Shown here: positions 45,361 to 55,673 of the stretch, piece by piece | How positions within the stretch are numbered: the stretch's first letter is position 1 | How the letters are laid out: each line of letters begins with the position of its first letter | Made by a program: the position numbers and the translations under genes | Assembly (NCBI GenBank): GCA_036517155.1 | Contig: DATDXY010000001.1 | Coordinates: 6,510 to 70,509, forward strand | Direction of reading: 5' to 3' | Source of the DNA: Minisyncoccota bacterium | Lineage (GTDB): Bacteria > Patescibacteriota > Minisyncoccia > UBA6257 > 02-FULL-45-10c | DNA length: 64,000 nt | Notes under the pieces: generated by a model | The model's input: the letters and a program-made list of their open reading frames with translations, nothing else | What the model was told of the DNA's origin: nothing | Database searches by the model: none

Positions 45361-45388
45361 AAAATCCCCGCTTTTCGCGGGGATTTTT
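45361..45388. terminator. Bidirectional terminator hairpin.
   Basis: aaaATCCCCGCttttcGCGGGGATtttt. Confidence 0.6.
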
Positions 45389-45391
45389 ATT

Positions 45392-47674
45392 TTATTGGAT
45401 TTCGCAAACTCCGCTGACACAGGCCAATTCTTTGGAGCCTTGAGTTTCATCTTCCCGTTCGTACAGCAAAATCTGGGAGAAATCTATTTCCGGAAAATCT
45501 TTTGCCAGTTCCAGATATTTTTCTTCAGTCATTTCTTCATATGGAGCAAGAGTATAGGCGTGCTCATCCCGCGGCAAGAAAGAAAGTCCGCCGATAATGT
45601 CCCAGTTTTCATATACCCAGTTGGAAACTCCCAACCATTCTCCGTCTGCCACGGAAATAGTGACCGAAGGATTGTGTTCGGTGAAATTAGTTTTTACTTT
45701 TTTCCAATATTCTAATTGCTGAATCGCAGTCAGATCCCGACGAACCGCCGCTCCCTTTGGCGCTGCGACCGGAAATTCAATCACATAGGTATTCGCCATA
45801 CCCTCAGATTGGCCGACTTCCGGATGATACGGAACTTTCTGGTCTTTCAGCATCTGGAATAAACTGTCTGATGCAGCGATACGAATCCGGCGGATATAAT
45901 ACTTTGCATGCCGAGCGTGCAAGCCAGAAGAAGCGTCTACCAATTGTGATACCGTGCCGGATGGTTTTACACAGGTTACGCAAGTAGAAGCGTTCACACC
46001 AAATCGAGTCGCGTATTTTTTATTAGTTGCCACCGCCTCTTCCCGCAATTTACGGAGTACTTTATCTTCCCGCGCTGCTGCCGAATCCCATTGGCCAGTC
46101 ACTGATACTCCCAACAAACGTTCTTCTTCACAGTGTTGTTTCCATTCTTTGGAAAGATATGGGAAATCCGTAAGTGTAGATTGATACGTTCCCAAAATTG
46201 CCGCGAGCCGAGCTTTGCGAAGTAATGTTTTTTCCGTATCTTCGTGGCGCGCAATGACTTCGGAAAGATTGCAGAATTGTTTTGATTTCAATACAATTTC
46301 TCCGCACGGATTAGTACCGGAAGTGCCGGCATCTTTTTTGAAAACTTTCCAGCGCCGTTCCGGCAACTGCCTTTGCAAACTGCCGCGATTGAAAATCCCC
46401 CGTTCGCCGGTGCCACTTTTGGCCAGCGCCAGCCATTCTTCCATAAAATCTGTCGCTGAAGGCCTTTCGTTATACACTGCCGAGTTATTCGCCATAGTCC
46501 GCTCCGGATGCACAGAATAAAACTGTCCTTGTTTAGCAGTCCGCAATTCCTGATCATCCAAATCAGAAAGGGAAATCAGTGCTGAACGACGAACGCCGCC
46601 CATAACTACAATCTCGCCAATTTTACAGATAATATCGTGCGCGTCCAAACTACTTAATCGCTGGCCCTGCCGACTTAATACTTTTGCCTTAGTAAATTCC
46701 ATTAAATTGATCAAAGGTTGGGGGCCGGAAGACTTGCCGCCCATCGTAATAAGACGCGCTCCGGCTGGCCGAAGATGACTATAGTCAAAAATTACATTTT
46801 TTCCATCAAACCAGGTTTTCATTCCAAGATAGAACGCATCTGCCCAACCTTCTTTACTGTCTTCTACAATATGCGTCGGAACTTTTTTCATCGGCATCTG
46901 CCGTTTGATTTGCGGCAACGCATGGATATTTTGACGCTCCACGGAAAAACCGACTCCAGTGCCGCACATCGCCAGATACATAATTTCCGAAAAATCTTTT
47001 AATTTTCGCGGCGCGATAAAGGAACAGTTATACGCAATCACATTACTCTTCTCTACTGCTGGTCCAGCGCCCCACATTAGCCGCATCGATGGCATCACTT
47101 CTTGTTTCAAAATCGCTTCGCGCAATTCCGCATACTCCTCGTCATGTAATTTATTACCAAGACGCTTTTTCATAAAAGCCATAAAACGATCTACAGTTTC
47201 AATCCAAGTTTCCCGCCGTCCTTCGGTTTCAATCCATCGCGAATAAGAACGATAATAAACAAATTCGGAAAGAGAATTTCGAAAATATTTTTTGCTTTCT
47301 TCCGAAAGTTTTTTTACATGTTCCGGAATTTCCCGCCGCTTCTCGCGAAGTTTTGACCGCTCATTGCGATACAGAATATACGCTTTAGCAGTTTTTGGAA
47401 AATCTCCCAAAATTAAATTCGTTTCCACAATATCTTGAATTTCTTCAATATGCGGAGAAGATTCTTTTTCTAATACTCCATTTTTCGTATGTTTTTTTAC
47501 TAAATCGCGAAGCACCGCGTCCGAAATATGTAACGCTGCTTCTAAGCCGCCTTCGCCAGTTTCTTTCATAGCTTTTAACACGGCATTGGTAATACGTTCT
47601 TGATCAAAAGGAACTAATCGACCGTCTCGCTTCCGGGTGTATTGAAACCCAACTTTCATTTTGGCTGGCGACAT
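45392..47674 (-). CDS. Ribonucleotide reductase large subunit with N-terminal ATP-cone; class II (B12-dependent, monomeric)-like.
   Basis: ATP-cone (VPFDQERITNAVLKAM). Thiyl-radical loop NPCGEIVL. C-terminal CVSGVC redox pair. No adjacent small-subunit gene. Confidence 0.6.
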   Translation of the reverse strand: MSPAKMKVGFQYTRKRDGRLVPFDQERITNAVLKAMKETGEGGLEAALHISDAVLRDLVKKHTKNGVLEKESSPHIEEIQDIVETNLILGDFPKTAKAYILYRNERSKLREKRREIPEHVKKLSEESKKYFRNSLSEFVYYRSYSRWIETEGRRETWIETVDRFMAFMKKRLGNKLHDEEYAELREAILKQEVMPSMRLMWGAGPAVEKSNVIAYNCSFIAPRKLKDFSEIMYLAMCGTGVGFSVERQNIHALPQIKRQMPMKKVPTHIVEDSKEGWADAFYLGMKTWFDGKNVIFDYSHLRPAGARLITMGGKSSGPQPLINLMEFTKAKVLSRQGQRLSSLDAHDIICKIGEIVVMGGVRRSALISLSDLDDQELRTAKQGQFYSVHPERTMANNSAVYNERPSATDFMEEWLALAKSGTGERGIFNRGSLQRQLPERRWKVFKKDAGTSGTNPCGEIVLKSKQFCNLSEVIARHEDTEKTLLRKARLAAILGTYQSTLTDFPYLSKEWKQHCEEERLLGVSVTGQWDSAAAREDKVLRKLREEAVATNKKYATRFGVNASTCVTCVKPSGTVSQLVDASSGLHARHAKYYIRRIRIAASDSLFQMLKDQKVPYHPEVGQSEGMANTYVIEFPVAAPKGAAVRRDLTAIQQLEYWKKVKTNFTEHNPSVTISVADGEWLGVSNWVYENWDIIGGLSFLPRDEHAYTLAPYEEMTEEKYLELAKDFPEIDFSQILLYEREDETQGSKELACVSGVCEIQ

Positions 47675-47727
47675 GGAGTAAAATTTTGGTTAATTATTTT
47701 GTATATTCATTATATTGAGTTTGGGAA

Positions 47728-47736
47728 CTAATGGGG
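47728..47736 (-). promoter_or_regulatory. Perfect DnaA-box-like 9-mer TTATCCACA about 55 nt upstream of the RNR start.
   Basis: + strand ttgTGGATAAct. Same motif and orientation upstream of lexA and the major pilin. Confidence 0.35.
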
Positions 47737-47844
47737 TTGTGGATAACTCCAATTTTTCAATAATTTTTCTCCCCCAAAATAAACCAGCGAAGTTTTTGAG
47801 TAAATTTAACGCTTGGAAACGATTTTTCATACGAAAAAGCTTTC

Positions 47845-47868
47845 TAGAAACAAAAAATACGCCTTCAA
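47845..47868 (-). terminator. Intrinsic terminator downstream of ftsZ.
   Basis: Minus strand reads GAAATACGCC-ccttgaa-GGCGTATTTTTTGTTTCT. Confidence 0.5.
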
Positions 47869-47896
47869 GGGGCGTATTTCCTCAAATCCAGCCTTC

Positions 47897-49069
47897 TTAC
47901 TTTTTCCGCCGTAAAAAGGTTGGGATGTCCCAGATGTCATTGGACTTTTTACCGGCAGACGGCTTTTCTTTTGCAGTTTTTTCGGCGTGATGCATTTCTT
48001 TCTTTTCTGGCGTAGTCGGGAGATCCAACTTCTTATCCATCACTGGAGCACTGAATAAACTCGGCGAAGCAAGCGTACTCTTCACCATTCCGGAATCGCT
48101 GAATCCAGTCGCAATCAACGTCACTTTGATTTGTCCCTGCTTCATTTTACGATCGTGGTAAGCGCCAAAAATCACTCGCGCCGTTGGATCAATGGAACCA
48201 GAGATGGTTTTAGCGATTTCATTGATTTCGCTCATCTTCAAATCTCGGCTACCGAAAACTCCGAACAAGACTCCCTTCGCTCCTTCGATAGAAATTTCTA
48301 ATAGCGGAGAATTAATCGCTTGGTTGACTGCGTTTTGCGCACGTTCTGGTCCGCTAGCAGTACCGATGCCGACAATTGCAGTCCCCGCTTCCTGCATAAT
48401 CGCTTTTACGTCCGCAAAATCTACATTGATGATTCCCGGCATTGCAATCAAATCAGCGATGCCCAGCACTGCTTCTCGCAATACATCATCCACTACTTCA
48501 AACGCTTTCATCAGGGGCGTGTCTTTATCAATAACATTAAAAATTCGATCGTTGGGTACCACAATTAACGTATCTACTTTATCTTTCAGTTTTATAAATG
48601 CGTCTTGCGCAATTCTGGCTCTTTGCGCGCCCTCAAAAGAAAATGGCTTAGTAACCACTGCCACCGTCAACACACCCAATTCTTTTGCGACTTCCGCGAC
48701 AATCGGCGCTGCGCCGGAACCGGTGCCGCCGCCCAAGCCCGCGGTAATAAAAATCAAATCCGCTCCTTTGAGATTTTCAATAATTTCGGAACGGGTTTCT
48801 TCCGCGGCTTGCCGTCCTAATTCCGGATTCATCCCCGTCCCCAATCCCTTAGTCAAATTTTTCCCGATATGAATCTTTTTCTTGGCATTGCAATATTCCA
48901 AATCCTGCGCATCCGTGTTAATCGCGATAAAATCCACGCCACGGAAAAAATCGTCTTTCATTCTGGAAATAACGTTCCCGCCTCCGCCGCCGACTCCAAC
49001 AACCTTAATCTTCGCCAAACCGTGCGAAATGGCTGATTCTCCTTCTTTTTTAGTAACTTTTGCGCTCAT
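47897..49069 (-). CDS. ftsZ: Cell division GTPase FtsZ.
   Basis: GVGGGGGN and tubulin signature GGGTGSGAAP. Confidence 0.9.
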   Translation of the reverse strand: MSAKVTKKEGESAISHGLAKIKVVGVGGGGGNVISRMKDDFFRGVDFIAINTDAQDLEYCNAKKKIHIGKNLTKGLGTGMNPELGRQAAEETRSEIIENLKGADLIFITAGLGGGTGSGAAPIVAEVAKELGVLTVAVVTKPFSFEGAQRARIAQDAFIKLKDKVDTLIVVPNDRIFNVIDKDTPLMKAFEVVDDVLREAVLGIADLIAMPGIINVDFADVKAIMQEAGTAIVGIGTASGPERAQNAVNQAINSPLLEISIEGAKGVLFGVFGSRDLKMSEINEIAKTISGSIDPTARVIFGAYHDRKMKQGQIKVTLIATGFSDSGMVKSTLASPSLFSAPVMDKKLDLPTTPEKKEMHHAEKTAKEKPSAGKKSNDIWDIPTFLRRKK

Positions 49070-50295
49070 GGTAAAAATTGGCCGATAATCTTCTTCCACA
49101 TACCAGTCATATCGGCAACACTGGTTTTATTCTCCAACCTATCGTGGCCTGCCATTACCAACCCCATCGCGCAGGCAAATTCCGGATCTTCCAATTGTAA
49201 ATTCAATTCGCCATTTAATACTTCCAAAGCCGTGGTGTCTGGAATGCCGATTTGGGCTGGCAATTGCAATTCTTCTCTGGCTAAATCAACAATTCCGGGC
49301 AATTTAGATCCTCCGCCCACCAACACTACCCCCGCTGGAAGCCGACCGGCCCTGCTGATTGTTTTAAGTTCATTATCAACAAATTCAAAGATCTCGGCAA
49401 GTCGGGACTGAATGACCTCAGCGATAAATTTTCGGCTTGGATTTACCCGGATATTCGCATCCACTTTTCGTAAATCAATATTTTCCCGAACCGAAATTCC
49501 TTTGGCGATGGCCGTGCCGAAAGATAATTTTACTGTTTCCGCTACATCAATGTTTGTTCTTAAGCCAATCGCCAAATCATTAGTAATATTCCCAGAACCA
49601 ACTGGCAAAATAGCTGTGTGCAATAATTTATTTTCTTCGTACATGCATATGCCAGTCGTTCCAAAACCAATGTCCACCACTGCTACGCCAAGTTCTTTTT
49701 GATTTCGGGAAAGAACGGAACGCGATGCCGCCAACGGCGCCAAAATCAAGGCGTTCATTCCTCCGCCGGCCATTTCTACACATTTCGTTAAATTTTTAAC
49801 TCGAGGAGTAAATGCGTCAATCATTATACTATTCACTTCCAATCGATTCCCAATCATGCCAATCGGATCTTGAATATCGCCCACTCCATCCACTAAATAT
49901 TCCCGAATCATTGAGTGGATAATCATTCGGTTCGGCGGTAAGTTAATCGCTTGCGATGCTTGCACCACGCGATCGATATCGTCCTGATAGATTTCAAAAT
50001 CAGCCCGGGACACAGCTACAATTCCTTTAGAGGTTTGCAACTTTACATCCGGACCGCCAATATTCAATATTATATTTTTCAGCGCATCTTTGGAGACATT
50101 CCGAATTTCCAAAAAAAGCTGGTTTAAAGAACGAGTCATTTCCGCTAAGTCTTCCACCGAACCCCGACGCATGCCGGCGGATGGAGAGCGAAACGCTCGC
50201 ACCAACGTTAATTGACCATTCTTTTTGAATTCACCAATGACCGCTTTAATACTCGCGGACCCTATATCAAGGCCGGTCAAATACCTAGGAAACAT
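49066..50295 (-). CDS. ftsA: Cell division protein FtsA (actin-like ATPase).
   Basis: LDIGSASIKAVIGE phosphate-1, VVDIGFGTT, VLVGGGSKLPG adenosine motif. Directly upstream of ftsZ. Confidence 0.85.
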   Translation of the reverse strand: MFPRYLTGLDIGSASIKAVIGEFKKNGQLTLVRAFRSPSAGMRRGSVEDLAEMTRSLNQLFLEIRNVSKDALKNIILNIGGPDVKLQTSKGIVAVSRADFEIYQDDIDRVVQASQAINLPPNRMIIHSMIREYLVDGVGDIQDPIGMIGNRLEVNSIMIDAFTPRVKNLTKCVEMAGGGMNALILAPLAASRSVLSRNQKELGVAVVDIGFGTTGICMYEENKLLHTAILPVGSGNITNDLAIGLRTNIDVAETVKLSFGTAIAKGISVRENIDLRKVDANIRVNPSRKFIAEVIQSRLAEIFEFVDNELKTISRAGRLPAGVVLVGGGSKLPGIVDLAREELQLPAQIGIPDTTALEVLNGELNLQLEDPEFACAMGLVMAGHDRLENKTSVADMTGMWKKIIGQFLP

Positions 50296-50698
50296 GCTTT
50301 AAACCTTTAAGTAACGACTGTTCTCGTTTTTCCATCTTAATTCTATCACGCTTTGTTTTATGATCATACCCTAACACGTGCAGGATCCCATGAACAAGCA
50401 TTAGCGACAAATCCTCTTGATGGCGTTGGATATATACGGGATCTAAAAATATTTCTCCCCATTTTGGCCCGGGAAAATCCTTCGGCTTGGGAAATGATAA
50501 AACATTAGTGGAACGATTTTTGCCCAAGAATTGTTTGTTCAGACGATGCATCCGATGGCTGGAAATCACAAAAATTTCAATGTCCCCTTTGGGTTTGAGT
50601 ATGGTTTCTAACCACCGAATTTGCTGGTTCAATATCTTTCGAAAACGATGCGCAGTGTTATCCAAATAAATGACTTCAAGTTTCATATGTAATTGCAA
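50285..50698 (-). CDS. ybeY: rRNA maturation endoribonuclease YbeY.
   Basis: HGILHVLGYDH zinc-binding motif. Confidence 0.8.
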   Translation of the reverse strand: MQLHMKLEVIYLDNTAHRFRKILNQQIRWLETILKPKGDIEIFVISSHRMHRLNKQFLGKNRSTNVLSFPKPKDFPGPKWGEIFLDPVYIQRHQEDLSLMLVHGILHVLGYDHKTKRDRIKMEKREQSLLKGLKHVS

Positions 50699-50767
50699 TA
50701 TTTAAATAGTATAAACAAAACAACTACCTTAGGGTAGTTGTGTATAACTTAAATTCGCCATGAGTGT

Positions 50768-51226
50768 TTAGCTTACTTTTTCTTTTATGATTTCACTCAC
50801 CATTTTCGCATCTGCCTTGCCTTTCAACTCCGCCATTACCGTTTTCATTACCAAGCCAAAATTACTAGTGTCCGAAAGTCCGGAAATAATTTTCTCTACT
50901 GCCGCCCGCACTTCTTCCGCATTCATTTGTTTTGGCAGATACGCTTCAACAATCGCCAGTTCTTTTTTTTCTTTTTCCGCCAAGTCGGTCCGGCCGCCAT
51001 TAATAAACGCTTCTGCGGATTCTTTCCGTTTCTTTGCTTCTTTCCCCAACACTTCAATTACATCTTCATCGGTTAATTCTTCCGATTGCCCCTTACCCTT
51101 CTTATCAATGCTTTTATTTTTTAACGATGCGTGCAACATGCGAAGCACGCCTAAAAGTTCGGCATTGCCGGCTTTCATTGCTGACTTCAAATCTTCCATA
51201 ATTCTTTGACTAAGCGCCATAGACAA
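50768..51226 (-). CDS. GatB/YqeY-domain protein.
   Basis: IMEDLKSAMKAG...LGVLRML and EAYLP motif. Confidence 0.7.
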   Translation of the reverse strand: MSMALSQRIMEDLKSAMKAGNAELLGVLRMLHASLKNKSIDKKGKGQSEELTDEDVIEVLGKEAKKRKESAEAFINGGRTDLAEKEKKELAIVEAYLPKQMNAEEVRAAVEKIISGLSDTSNFGLVMKTVMAELKGKADAKMVSEIIKEKVS

Positions 51227-51436
51227 TTACACCAATCCCATTTTCTTCAAATGTTCGCGTTCTTTTTTCTGAACATCGCGATGAATTGCCGAAAGCCGCC
51301 GCTTCATATGATTAACCGGTCGAGAATGAAATCGGCGTTTTTTTGCTTCCTTTAAAATACCGCTCTGTTGAACCCGTTTAGAAAAACGGTACAAAAGACC
51401 ACTGGTCGTTTCTCCTTCTTTTTTTCTAACAAACAT
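51227..51436 (-). CDS. rpsU: 30S ribosomal protein S21.
   Basis: MFVRKKEGE...LLYRFSKRVQQSGIL...KRRFHSRP, basic, ~70 aa. Confidence 0.75.
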   Translation of the reverse strand: MFVRKKEGETTSGLLYRFSKRVQQSGILKEAKKRRFHSRPVNHMKRRLSAIHRDVQKKEREHLKKMGLV

Positions 51437-51464
51437 AGTGCTTTTGATAGTACACAATTATGCC

Positions 51465-51827
51465 TTATTTATCAAGACTGGGATGGGGCATCGCCTCAAT
51501 TTCCGCCTTTCGCGTCCATCCTCCCAAAAGATGCAAATGGAGATGATCAATGACCTGTCCGCCCTCTCGGCCAACATTAAAAACTAATTTATAACCCTTG
51601 AGATTTTGCCGCTCCGCCACCAATTTTGCCGAATAAATCAATTCCGAAATAATTTCTTTATGGTTACCCTGAAGGTGGCTAATAGATTGGATATGTTCTT
51701 TTGGCACCACCAATAAATGCACTGGCGCGGATGGATGAATATCTTTAAAGACAACAATCTGTTCATTTTCGAATAAAAATTCCGCTGGAATTTCTTTTGC
51801 GCTGATTTTGCAAAAAATGCAATCCAT
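51465..51827 (-). CDS. HIT-family hydrolase.
   Basis: CIFCKI N-terminus and HLHLHLLGG histidine triad. Confidence 0.8.
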   Translation of the reverse strand: MDCIFCKISAKEIPAEFLFENEQIVVFKDIHPSAPVHLLVVPKEHIQSISHLQGNHKEIISELIYSAKLVAERQNLKGYKLVFNVGREGGQVIDHLHLHLLGGWTRKAEIEAMPHPSLDK

Positions 51828-53105
51828 TTAAATTCGTTTTTTTATTTCTACCACTATTTTTTTCAACGGCACGGTTTCTTGCACGCCAGTTTTTAGATCG
51901 CGGATAATTACTGATCCCTCAAACGCTTCTTTCTGGCCAAGGATCAATGCCAAGGCTGCGCCATCTTTATTTGCAGACCGCAATTGGGCGTTTAGGGAAT
52001 TCTTGCCAAAAGATTCCGATACGTGGATATTGGATTTTCGGAATTCTTCCAGCAATGAAAGCATTCTTTTTTTTGCTAACGCGCCAATATAGATTAAGAA
52101 TATTTTTGCCCGATTTTTCACTGTGGGTTGCATGCCGCTGGCTTTCATTGCTTCCAGCACCCGTTCTATGCCAATCGCTCCACCAACCGCCGGCGTAGAT
52201 CGGCCGCCAAGAATTTCTGCCAAATAATCGTATCGGCCGCCGCTTGCCAGCGCTGCATCCGATCCTTCGATAAAAACCTCAAAAACCGTCCGATTATAAT
52301 AATCCAATCCCCGAACCAAAGTAACATCTAATTGGTATGGCAATCCTAATTCTTCAACGTATTCCAAAAAACTCTTGAAATGTTTATTACAAAAACTGCA
52401 AATCGAGTCCAGAATGCTCGGCGCGCCTTGCTTAATTTTTTGGCAATCCGGTTCCTTGCAATCCAATAATCGCAACGGATTAGTATGTAGGCGACGATTA
52501 CAGTCTTTGCAAATTTGTTTTGTAAAACCCTTGTAATAATCTTGTAATTTCTTGATATACACCGGTCGGCACGTTTTACAGCCAATCGTGTTGACTTTTA
52601 CCACCATTTTTTTTAATTTCAAACTTTCTAAAATCCGAAGAATCGGCACAATCACTTGCACTTCATAAATCGGGTCATCGTCGCCGCCAAGGATTTCCAA
52701 ACCAAACTGATGAAATTGGCGGTATCGGCCAGCCTGCGGCCGTTCATAACGGAATAACGGTCCTTCGTAAAATAATTTCAGCGGTTGCCCCATATGACTC
52801 AAACCGTGCTGAATATAGGCCCGCATCACCGATGCAGTTCCTTCCGGTCGAAGCACTAAACGATCATCTCCCTTGGTCCGAAAGACGAACATTTGTTTTT
52901 CCACAATATCCGTTGCTTCTCCTACTGATCGCTCAAATAACGCCGCATCTTCTAAAATTGGTGTATCAATCCGCGCAAAGTTATAAAATTCTACTACTTC
53001 TTTCACCTCTTTTCGGAATTTGTCCCACCAAACTTGATCCTGTGGCAACAAATCGTGCATGCCCTTGGGCGCTTGAAACGAAGTTAGTTTTTTTACTTTG
53101 GCCAT
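51828..53105 (-). CDS. hisS: Histidyl-tRNA synthetase.
   Basis: GMHDLLP, class II motifs, HisA region, C-terminal anticodon-binding domain. Confidence 0.85.
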   Translation of the reverse strand: MAKVKKLTSFQAPKGMHDLLPQDQVWWDKFRKEVKEVVEFYNFARIDTPILEDAALFERSVGEATDIVEKQMFVFRTKGDDRLVLRPEGTASVMRAYIQHGLSHMGQPLKLFYEGPLFRYERPQAGRYRQFHQFGLEILGGDDDPIYEVQVIVPILRILESLKLKKMVVKVNTIGCKTCRPVYIKKLQDYYKGFTKQICKDCNRRLHTNPLRLLDCKEPDCQKIKQGAPSILDSICSFCNKHFKSFLEYVEELGLPYQLDVTLVRGLDYYNRTVFEVFIEGSDAALASGGRYDYLAEILGGRSTPAVGGAIGIERVLEAMKASGMQPTVKNRAKIFLIYIGALAKKRMLSLLEEFRKSNIHVSESFGKNSLNAQLRSANKDGAALALILGQKEAFEGSVIIRDLKTGVQETVPLKKIVVEIKKRI

Positions 53106-53108
53106 AAT

Positions 53109-53651
53109 TTAATAAGTAAATGCTTCGGCTTCAGTAAATGGAAAAAGTCGGACCCGAACTAAACCGACAACATTTTCCCGAGGCAATATTCCCCAACTCC
53201 TAGAATCATAACTATAATTGCGATTATCACCCAACACAAAATATTCTCCGGGCGCAAGCGCTTGGTCAGTATTGCCGATTGTTCGGATACCAGGAGTTAA
53301 ATAAGATTCGTTCAATTGAAAACCCTCGGGGGAGACATCATTATAAATAGTCACAAACCCATCTCGAACAATTACTCGTTCTCCCGGCAAACCAATGACC
53401 CGTTTGATATAATATATTTTTGGATCTTCTGGATAACGAAAAACCACAATTTCCCCTCGTTGCGGTTCTCGAAAACGGTAGGAAATTTCATCAATTAATA
53501 AATAATCGCCAGTGGAAAAACCAGGCTCCATGCTGGCACCGCTTACTAAAAATGGTTGGACTAAATAGGTCCTAATAACAAATACCGTCACCACAGCTAC
53601 TGCCACCACCTCAATCACTTCCCACACCGATAAGAGAAATTGCTTCATCAT
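53109..53651 (-). CDS. lepB: Signal peptidase I.
   Basis: VSGASMEPGF (catalytic Ser box) and downstream Lys box. Start placed at MMKQF to avoid overlapping the divergent pth start. Confidence 0.8.
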   Translation of the reverse strand: MMKQFLLSVWEVIEVVAVAVVTVFVIRTYLVQPFLVSGASMEPGFSTGDYLLIDEISYRFREPQRGEIVVFRYPEDPKIYYIKRVIGLPGERVIVRDGFVTIYNDVSPEGFQLNESYLTPGIRTIGNTDQALAPGEYFVLGDNRNYSYDSRSWGILPRENVVGLVRVRLFPFTEAEAFTY

Positions 53652-53687
53652 ATACACAATATTCTTACATTTTAGTACAATCAGTGT

Positions 53688-54167
53688 ATGCTCGCAAGCC
53701 AACTAGATATTCGTTTAATTTTCGGCATCGGGAATGCCGATGCCGCTTATCATCGAACCTATCACAATGTGGGGATTTTAATGGCGGAATACTTGAAAAA
53801 ATCGATACCGGAACGAGCAAATCAAACCCATATAAACAAGGGTTTTATGAATGTTGTAGGAAAAGAAGTCGCTCGCGCATTGAAGAAAAATCACATAGCA
53901 CCGACGCACCTGCTTGTCATCCATGATGATTCAGATATCCCATTGGGCCGCTTTAAATTGTCTTTTGACCGGAATTCCGCTGGCCATAAAGGAATAGAAA
54001 GCATTATTCAATCTCTAAAAACCAAAGCTTTTTGGCGATTACGGATAGGAATCCGAGCGCTTCGCAATACTCGGCCAGCAGAACAGTTCGTGCTGAAACG
54101 CATTACTGCCGCTCATCTTAAACAATTAGAAACTGTATTTGCGTCCGCGCTCCGACCGTTACAGTAA
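53688..54167 (+). CDS. pth: Peptidyl-tRNA hydrolase.
   Basis: LIFGIGNADAAYHRTYHNVG (catalytic His region) and D in VIHDDSD. Confidence 0.8.
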   Translation: MLASQLDIRLIFGIGNADAAYHRTYHNVGILMAEYLKKSIPERANQTHINKGFMNVVGKEVARALKKNHIAPTHLLVIHDDSDIPLGRFKLSFDRNSAGHKGIESIIQSLKTKAFWRLRIGIRALRNTRPAEQFVLKRITAAHLKQLETVFASALRPLQ

Positions 54168-55664
54168 TTGAAAACTGATCACAAAAGAAACTGTGCCTTC
54201 CGAATTATCCAGTACGTCGGCTGGCTTTAAGTCCGTTGATTTTATCCCATTCGCTTCGGCAAGTTTGTTTTTAAAATTTACAATAGTTGTCCGGCTTGTA
54301 GCTTTGCCATTTAACACGCCAGTCGTATGGTCGCTATTAACTATGATGGCAGTGACAGTAATAGAGGAATTTTGCGCAATTTCAAGAATGGAGTGAAAGA
54401 CCGGTAAAAAATCGTTGGATTCAATTTTTGCGGCCAACGCTCGTTGGGCCAGCGTATTAAATTCAACCGCTTTTTGCACCAATTCATTCATTTCTCTAAC
54501 AGCTGGATTAGCATCTAAAGCTTGCAAGTCATTTTCAATGACTTGTTCCGTTTTCCATAAAAAACCGTCACTTACTACAAACACCAATACCAAAAAACCT
54601 AGCGTGGTAATCGTAATGCTTTCCCATAATTTTACAAAGGATTTAATTTCATTGTGGGAAAATTGTTCTTCCGTATCTACCGGAGAAAGGCTGATAAAAT
54701 TATCCTCCGATCTTGGAATCAATCCCCGTAACGCGCTGCCACAGGCAACATACCAAGAAGCCGGTAAATCGGAAAAATCGCGCAGTTGCAACGATTTTAC
54801 TTCTATTGATGGAAAGGCTTCTTTAATGATTTTTTCAATTTCTTGATAAAGACCGTGCGTCATCAGCGTTAATTGTGTCGCTTGACCGCCCCAGTGGCTG
54901 CTGTAAAAAGTGAATATTTTTTTCATTTCTTGAATTAAAATCTGATTAAAAACATTCAATAGAATTTCCCGGGAATCCTGACTGACGCCGCCCTTGATAG
55001 ATGACCAAGAAACAAAATAACTGAAATATACATTACCATCCTTTACAATCAGAAAATCTAATCCGTCTCCGGAAACCGAAAGGGTAACTTGGGGCTTCTT
55101 TAAATCAATGCCTACGGATTGCATTTTAATTACTCGGCTTATGGCCAAAGAAGGGAACTCTACCGCCGCGGCTATAAAACCCGCTTGTTCCAGTGCTGTC
55201 AAGAATTCGTCCACTACCGGTTTAGCAACGAATGCTCCCAAAAGCTCAATTTTATTTCCTTCCTGACCATCACTCAAACGTTCCCAATCCGCATAGGATG
55301 TTTGCGCATCAACCGGTGATAACATTTGCAGATTCAATGCAGCGGCTTCTTTGATATTAGCTTCGTTTAAAATCGGCAAAGAAAATGCTTGGGTATATAT
55401 ATGATTCGGCGGCAAAGATAAAATCACGGAAATCGTATCTCGAGAACGCCCTAATTGTTCTTTCAAAGACACCAATGCCTGCAAAAATTGCTCAACATTT
55501 TTTAATTGGCCATCCTCAATTACTCCGGCATCCAAACTTACACCTATTTTTTTCAATTCTTTTCCCTGTAATTCTACAAAACGAATCGCTGCGTCGCTAA
55601 TTTCCAAACCGCCTATGGAAAGTTGCGGTTTTAACAATGCGCCAAGATTTTTTAAAAACGGCAT
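54159..55664 (-). CDS. pilM: Type IV pilus assembly protein PilM (actin-like) fused to a PilN-like TM/periplasmic segment.
   Basis: N-terminal ~330 aa actin-like fold (LSIGGLEISDAAIRFVEL...), then a TM helix (LGFLVLVFVVSDGFLW), then a ~130-aa coiled/alpha-beta tail. Last gene of the pilus operon. Confidence 0.6.
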   Translation of the reverse strand: MPFLKNLGALLKPQLSIGGLEISDAAIRFVELQGKELKKIGVSLDAGVIEDGQLKNVEQFLQALVSLKEQLGRSRDTISVILSLPPNHIYTQAFSLPILNEANIKEAAALNLQMLSPVDAQTSYADWERLSDGQEGNKIELLGAFVAKPVVDEFLTALEQAGFIAAAVEFPSLAISRVIKMQSVGIDLKKPQVTLSVSGDGLDFLIVKDGNVYFSYFVSWSSIKGGVSQDSREILLNVFNQILIQEMKKIFTFYSSHWGGQATQLTLMTHGLYQEIEKIIKEAFPSIEVKSLQLRDFSDLPASWYVACGSALRGLIPRSEDNFISLSPVDTEEQFSHNEIKSFVKLWESITITTLGFLVLVFVVSDGFLWKTEQVIENDLQALDANPAVREMNELVQKAVEFNTLAQRALAAKIESNDFLPVFHSILEIAQNSSITVTAIIVNSDHTTGVLNGKATSRTTIVNFKNKLAEANGIKSTDLKPADVLDNSEGTVSFVISFQLL

Positions 55665-55673
55665 ATTGATGAT

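Noticed and set aside
53652-53702. Overlapping divergent start codons of lepB and pth.
   Set aside because: The overlap comes from the ORF track's longest-ORF convention. Using the internal Met (MMKQF) for lepB removes the overlap and leaves a 36-nt divergent promoter region.
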